Positions 56,901-64,000 of a stretch of 64,000 nucleotides of DNA are shown piece after piece. The notes under the pieces are model-generated. The model saw only the letters and a list, made by a program, of their open reading frames with translations. It did not search any database and was not told the DNA's origin. This stretch comes from the human T2T-CHM13v2.0 reference genome, Homo sapiens: the NCBI RefSeq assembly GCF_009914755.1, contig NC_060926.1, one strand, 5' to 3'. The translations under genes were made by a program, and so were the position numbers. Positions within the stretch are counted from its first letter, which is position 1. The number at the start of each line of letters is the position of its first letter.

Positions 56901-59744
56901 AGAGTTCCTAACAAGGAAAAGAGAATGAAGGCATAAGATGTCATTTAGTCTTTGTAAGACTCCGTCTCTGTAAGACTCCGTCTCTGTCCTGCGAATGTGG
57001 TTGTTACTTTGTTATAGCTCTGTCAGTTGCACTGCTCAGTGCCAAAACATAAAAGGGAATATTATAATGGGACATAATCTCTGTCAATAGATTTTGGGTA
57101 TTAAAGAGAGCGTGAGGTCACTCAGGTGGAAAAAGCTGGGCCAGGTAATTTTGTCTGTTAGTTTTACGACATAAAGGAGAGTCTCTCGATGCCATTAGAT
57201 CTTGAAAGAGTTCAAAGAGAGAACTACCTCATTATCAGAAGGCTGAGGAATTAGTGTAATTAGTATCTGAATATTCTTTAATATTTTCTTGCATAGAAAA
57301 TAAAGGTAATTGGTTATCAAAAATATTCTTTCAAATGTGTATCTCCTGGAGTTGTGGAGTTCTGAAACTTTAACCAGCTGCCTTATGAAGAGAATTTATT
57401 AATTAACTTTATGCCTGCCAAGGAGAAGGAAGCCATTCTTAATTTTTAGCCAAAAATTTCCCAAAGTGATGACCAAATCATTATGTTTTGAGTTCCAGAT
57501 TCCCTTGTTTAGAGTTATAAATGACATTTGAGTTTTAAGGCAGAAATGTTTCTAAATTCCCCTGTCATTTGTTTGGGAATCTATAGTCACTGAGCAACAT
57601 GAAGCTGGGTCTCCCCTCTCTTCCCACCGCAGGAAAGGAATTGGAGGCTGGAGGCGAACTTGAGTACCTTGAGGTGGTATCCCAAAGGAGATGGTGGTGA
57701 CAACAGACAAGTCTAGATGTTAGCAGGTCTTCTGATGAAGTCGGGGAGTGATCCCAACACAGATAGCAAATGCTAGAGTTTGGATTTAAACTCAGACCTT
57801 AAGATTTTAGATCTACAGGACCACTGTATCACTACAAATCCTGACTTTGCCCCCTTTTGATTGGAATAATCAGATAAAGCACACTACTGATGTGATCCTT
57901 GGTAAATGTAATTTACTACTTAAGTACTTTGCTTTTGTAGATGTCAATTTCCTAGTGGTTTTTTTTTTCTTTTGGTAAATGCAGCATTCTGCAAAAATCT
58001 ACTACCAATTCCTTGCTCTCACAAAGCATTCACCAACACTGTGCCACTATTTTAGAAATAGAAACCATATCCTAGCCGAAAATGATAAACTCATATATTT
58101 CCTTTTGAGATTAACCTGCCCTTTTGAAAGGGAGTCAGAAATGAATGTGAAATTTATTTGCTATTAGACAAATAAATGCAGAAACTGCAATTAAGAACTC
58201 TCTTTTAGGACTAGAGCCAACTAGTTTTTCTGCAAGTTTAAAGTTACAATTTTTTGATGGCAAGAATTGGCCAACTGATTTCAAAATATCTTATAGGTAC
58301 TAAAGTGGACTTTTGAAACTGTGGTAAAGTCCATACATTCCATAAATTAAAAAAATAATAATCAGCCATTTTTTTCAAATATGATATAAAAATATCTGAG
58401 GGCTCCTCCCCTCCCCGCAACTGGAATTCACTGAATCAGAGCTGCTATAGGCTTGCATTTTTTGATGCACAGATAACCACTTTTTAAATCACTTGTAATA
58501 TAATGAACATAAATAATTGAATTTTTTTTCTTACAGATTTGATTCTGAAGTATTTTTGAAGTATCTTTAGAACCAATGTGCTTGTGGGCACACATTACAC
58601 TATTTAAAATTTTATTAAAAGTATTTTAAAAATCCTTAGAGAGAGAATGCCAGTTATCTCTCTCTCTTTCTGGTAGTGGAGAAGAAAAAATAGTATAGGC
58701 TTTTCTTAACTCACCACAATGCAGTAATTAAAAGCAAAAGAGAAAGGAGGGAAGTTGTGGGATTATGATGGAGATAATCAGATTCCCCAGTTGCCCTCTG
58801 CCTTCCCTGCTATCGAGACAACGCACAGAAGCCAGAATTATGTCTGCAGGTGATTATTTCAGGGAAGCAGTTACTCCTTGTTGGAAGATTCACTGCAATT
58901 TCCTTTCAATTACATAGGCAGACATTGGTGTTGGAGAGGGAAATAACAATATTCCTAAACCAAATAAGTAGCTTTTATAAACAAGACAGAATAATACATG
59001 AACCTGATTTCTCAAAGGGAAATTAAGTATATGAATGTCAATCATCTGATGAGATTAGCATTACAATATAGGTTCAGAATGAGTATTAAATCACAAAATT
59101 ACTTTTTATCACTTTATGTAATAGCATTATTCCTCTGATTATATCACCAACTGAACAGCACTTCAAAAATTACTATAGTGCTCTGTATATATCTTTAATT
59201 TTAAATCCTTTATTATTTGGGGGCCTGGTTTATTTTTGATCTTTTCTTCTTTAGCTAACGTGTAAGAAGACATTATTAATATTTAGTGAAGATGACACTA
59301 AATGTCGTTTTTCAAAACAACAAACTCTGCCTTTTCCTAAACAAGCAGGGAGCCATTATGCCTTCACTGTTCCGCTTCCTTTGTTTCCTCTGTTTTCAGG
59401 ACCTTCTCTTCTTTGACCGCATCTTCCTCCACCCTCTATCGGTGCACCTCTCCACGGTCTGACCCCACTCAATAATCTCTTTGAAAGTAAGAACTATGAC
59501 TTATTTTTTTTGTCATTGTTCCCCAAACATATCCCAAGTCTGTGGTAGAATTAAGGTAGTTTCTGGAGAGAACCTGATAACATCTGCTGAGTATTGATGA
59601 ATAAAAATTCCGTAATAGACTTCCAACAAAACCCTGGAGTAGAATAAAATAACTTTGTAAACCTCATAAAAAAGAATGTCAATTTACATAAATCATTACC
59701 ATTGCTTTATCGATAGGGTTTTGCTAATCATTGAGAAATTGTGG

Positions 59745-59870
59745 AGCTGGAAAAGTCTCAGAGATAAACCAGGCAAGTGTTCTTATTTTGGATATGAGGA
59801 AACTGATGCCAAGAGAGGTGCAGTGACTTGTCCAAGGTCACATAGATAGTTTTATACCACAAAGGTCCAT
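59745..59870 (-). mobile_element. MIR
   Basis: ATGAGGAAACTGA...GTGACTTGTCCAAGGTCACA. Confidence 0.7.
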
Positions 59871-62800
59871 TCAAGTTTTCCCACAGTTTAACTCTAAAGG
59901 AAATTAATATTGAGTAAGGTACATCAGCACATAAGAAGCAAAATGGAAGTGAGTGAAGTATTTCTAGATATGCCACAATTGATTTTCACTCATGTTTTGA
60001 CAGAGAGATGGATGTGATGAAGGGTATGAATGCAGTTACTGTTTAAGAAGGTGATGGACTAACCAACATTGGTTTTAGCAAAGAATAAAGAAAGTGACTG
60101 TCCTTCAATCTAGCTCCACATGCGGTTCTTAAATATTAACCACAAAGTACTCAAGCCCAAGGGCACGAGCTCTGGGTATGCAGAGTGTAGCATTGACAGC
60201 TTTCAGGAATGCAGGCCCAAAGACAGCTCCAGAAAATATCCAGGAAGCAAACTATCTTGAAGTTCTATACTTTCTTTGAAATGCCAAGATGTAATCTAAA
60301 AATATGTGTTCTACTTTTTTAGTCTAATAAACCACATTTATATGATGGTTATCTGTCATATGGGGAGACAAAATTCAACATTTCACATGCCTGAGCTTTA
60401 TACCCCTCCTTTAAATGTATCAAGATTTCATAAAGCTTTGGTTCTTCAGAAAAGATCAAGGTACATCACAATATTTAAAGCATTATCTCCATATCTATTG
60501 CCATAGGAGGATAAAGAGAAAATAAACATAAATGCAAATAATGAAAATGCCTGAGCAATCATAAAGAATGAAGTTACTGTGTGGATTCTATTCTGTGTTT
60601 ATGTGTTCTTTCCTTTGCTCTTAAGTCAGTTAAACATAATGCTTGGGTTCTTTCCTGATTTATTTCATTCAGCAATCCCCCCTACCCCCCGACATCCCTT
60701 GCAAAGATGAATCAACAAAAGCTATTACCAAGAACAATATGATTGATTACTTATTGGAACTCGAATACCAATTTTCCACTTAAGTATATCTTTATATCAA
60801 TCACCTCACTTGCCTACCTATTGAAGAGTTTCAATTAGATTTTTTTAATAAAGAGGACTTTCTTTATTCTAAAGGATATAGCTGATATTTATGAAGACAA
60901 CGCTTTATTTACAGAATAAAACTGAACTTTGCCATAACTTAGCATAAGCAAATATGTAGTTTGTTTCCCTAAAGAATTCCTGTCAACATCTTTTTCCTTT
61001 CATGTTCAAAGGCAGAAAGTCATTGACTTTACCAGGAGCACAGCAAAGCCATCTGTAAAGTATACAAGTGTCGCTAGAATTAGGTGCTACCATATTTCTT
61101 GGGGAAATTAACATTTTTGACACATCTGTATGCAGTTCCAATCTTCGGATATCAATTTACAAACTCACATAAATTACATTTGGTTACATCTTTTCTTTTT
61201 GTTTCTTTCCTTGAGAAAAGCAAGAATTCTACTCTAGGCCAAATAATGGACAGAAATCATTAGGGTCCACTCCAGGGACTGAGGCCCTTTAGAAGAGATT
61301 GGCAAGTGACTAGGGAAAAGGTACATCGAAGGTCAGAAAATAATGACATTTAGCCTAGTTCTCCTGGTGATTCCTTGGAAATTTTGGGGCCCATGAGCTC
61401 AGTTGCTGCTTCTGGGATTGCCCCTATTCATATCAAATAGCAGAGAACTGAGATGTCTTACCCACACCTGAGAAGATTCGGATGTGAGCATGGGATAGAG
61501 GTGCTAGGCAGCGGCACTTTCATGCCTAAGTGCAGTCTCTCATACCTGTTCATCTGCAGTGGCATGAAAGGCAAACAGATTCTTCTGCTCATTATGGGTT
61601 GTTGAAATGACAGAACCACTTTGTCTCAACATTTTCTATGACACTTGATACATAAGGAAGCTCAGAGACTAAAGTCCTTGTTTCCATGTTGCACTAGGTC
61701 TTTTTGAAAGTCTCTTTTACATTCTGATTGCTATCATGACATCAAAGTCACCTGTATTCCTCATCTTTGTGGGGAAGAGCAGGCTAAATAAAGTAGGTAA
61801 GGACACCTTCTGAGTCTGCACCCCTTTAATTGACACATAGGGGATGTGACCCCTGACGTTTCTGCTTCCCTTATTCTTTCTGCAACTAAGCAAACATAGA
61901 ATGTGGATTTTCCCATGCTCTTAGCAAGGATGAAACTCAGCGATCATTTGCTCTACTTCACATGGTAGTTGTTTCTAAGATTACATATCATATATATGCA
62001 TATATATATATATGTTATGTTATGCTACACACACACAACTGCTAATGAGTGTTCTCTCTCCCCTTTTCTTGTCCCTCTGCTCTCTAGGACAGCAGTAGCT
62101 TCATATGTATCTCTATCTGCCCTAAGTCTCCTCTCTTGGGCATCACAAACAGAGTTACCCTTCCATGAACCATTTGTTGCTTTAAAATTATACCTCAGAT
62201 GCAGTCATGGTCCTAGCAGAAAGTAGATGGTACATTCAAAATGGTTAAAATAAAAATAATTATGGAGAAACTATTGACCAAGTGGGTTAAGATGGTTGAT
62301 GAGTGCCCAGGAACTAGCAATAGAGAGAGCCAATGCCATTCCAGGCAAGAGTGAAAGTGGCACCAGATTCCGGTGAGAGCTAGAGCTTTAGAAGACCCAA
62401 CCGAGAGGTTTAACTAAAGAGGAATGCAGCTGCTTTTTTAAGCTAGGAAGTGAGGTGTGGTCGGGGAGACTCTCCAATTTTCTGCTAATGCCTGTCTTGG
62501 GCTGCATTCAAAGCCAACAGATGAAGGACCCCAAGTTTCTCAATCCCTGGAAAGTGGACTTGAAAGTCTTTCCCTCTACTTGTCCATTATTCCACTTCTA
62601 ACCTACATTTTAATACTCCCAACACTCTCTTCCCTGGTCTGCATTCCTTGGAGTCCAGTGCTCCTGCTAGTAGCCCTTCTTCCAGGGCTCCAGCATTTGT
62701 TGGGCTCTGGGAATGTTTTTTCCAGGTTGGCAGTTGTGAAGGGCTGGTGGGAACTGGGGAAAATAACAATGTGTCTCATCTTATCTCTAAAAACATCTCT

Positions 62801-62928
62801 TTTTCTTTGTTTAAAAAGCAAAACACATGTGTCTAAAATATTTTACAGAGATGAACAAAAATCTTTATGATAAAAGATTCTATTTAATACCCTAACCCTT
62901 AATACAGTGCCTAGTATATGGTAGTGTA

Positions 62929-64000
62929 TGATATGGTTTGGCTGTGTCCCCACTCAAATCTCATCTTGAATTGTAACTCCCACAATTCCCATATGTCGTA
63001 GGAGGAACCTGGTGGGAGGTAATTGAATCATGGTGGCGAGTCTTTCCTGTGTTGTTCTCATGATAGTGCATAAGTCTCATCAGATATGATGGCTTTAAAA
63101 ATGGGATTTTGCTGACACAGCTCTCTTTTTGCCTGCTGCCATCCATGTGAGATGTGACTTGCTCCTCGTTGCCTTCTGCCATGATTGTGAAGCCTCCCCA
63201 GCCATTTGGAACTGTAAGTTCAATAAACCTCTTTCTTTTGTAAATTGTCATGTCTCAGGTATGTCATTATCAGCAGCTTGAAAATGGACTACTCAGTAAA
63301 TTGGTACTGGGAGTGGGGCACTGCTAAAAAGATTCCCAAAAATGTGGAAGCCACTTTGGAACTGGGTAACAGGCAGAGGTTGGAACAATTTGGAGGGCTC
63401 AGAAGAAGAAAGGAAAATGTGGGAAAGTTTGGAACTCCCTAGAGACTTGTTGAATGGCTTTGACCAAAATGCTGATAATGATATGAACAACGAAATCCAG
63501 GCTGAGGTGATCTCAGATGGAGATGAATAACTTGTTGGGAACTGGAGCAAAGGTGACTCTTGTTATATTTTAGCAAAGAGACTGGTGGCATTTTGTCCCT
63601 GCCCTAGACATTTGTGGAACTTTGAACTTGAGAGAGATGATTTAGGGTATGTGGTGGAAGAAATTTCTAAGTGGCAAAGCATTCAAGGGGTGACTTGGGT
63701 GCTATTAAAGGCATTCAATTTTAAAAGGGAAACAGAGCATAAAAGTTTGGAAAATTTGCAGCCTGACAATGCAATAGAAAAGAAAATCCCATTTTCTGAG
63801 GAGAAAGTCAAGCTAGCTGCAGAAATTTGCATAAGCAATGAGGATCTGAATGTTAATCCCCAAGACAATGAAGAAAATGTCTCCAGGGCATTCAGAGGCC
63901 TTCATAGCAGCTCCTCCCATCACAAGCCTGGAGGCCTAGGATGAAAATGTGGTTTCATGGGCCAGGCCCAGGGTTCCCATGCTGTATGCAGCCTAGGGAC
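62929..64000 (+). mobile_element. THE1 element: 5' LTR (62929-63295) plus internal region running off the window
   Basis: TGATATGGTTTGGCTGTGTCCCC...GGACTACTCA then GTAAATTGGTAC and MaLR-int ORF remnants (NVEATLELGNRQRL). Confidence 0.92.

Noticed and set aside
61517-61570. Hairpin CTTTCATGCC...GGCATGAAAG
   Set aside because: A 10-bp stem with a large interrupted loop is plausible by chance; no recognisable ncRNA.

Overview
Human (or great-ape) genomic DNA, AT-rich and about half transposon-derived, with no protein-coding exon. I recognise it as the 5' non-coding region of SCN1A (Nav1.1, chr2q24), transcribed on the minus strand. It holds the 1b/hB promoter and first exon (53349-53598), an 87-nt 5'UTR exon (52502-52588), a 92-nt L1-derived 5'UTR exon (3310-3401) and a probable 1c exon (16634-16826). 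The first coding exon should lie just left of the window and promoter 1a to the right. It also appears to contain the human orthologue of the Scn1a E2 parvalbumin-interneuron enhancer (~10.0-10.3 kb) and the start of SCN1A-AS1 (+ strand). Gene and enhancer identities come from recalled sequences, supported by splice signals seen here; they were not searched. The most unusual structures read directly from the sequence are: a ~240-bp patchwork insertion (3807-4044) built from four inverted copies of nearby DNA just upstream of the L1-derived UTR exon; two more fold-back scars (9051-9195, 42181-42255); a candidate 22-nt SRRM4-type microexon (21558-21579); an LTR that appears to split the E2 orthologue; and an L1PA2 nested in an older L1, giving a chimeric 495-aa ORF. 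I found no evidence of a new protein-coding or CRISPR-like system.
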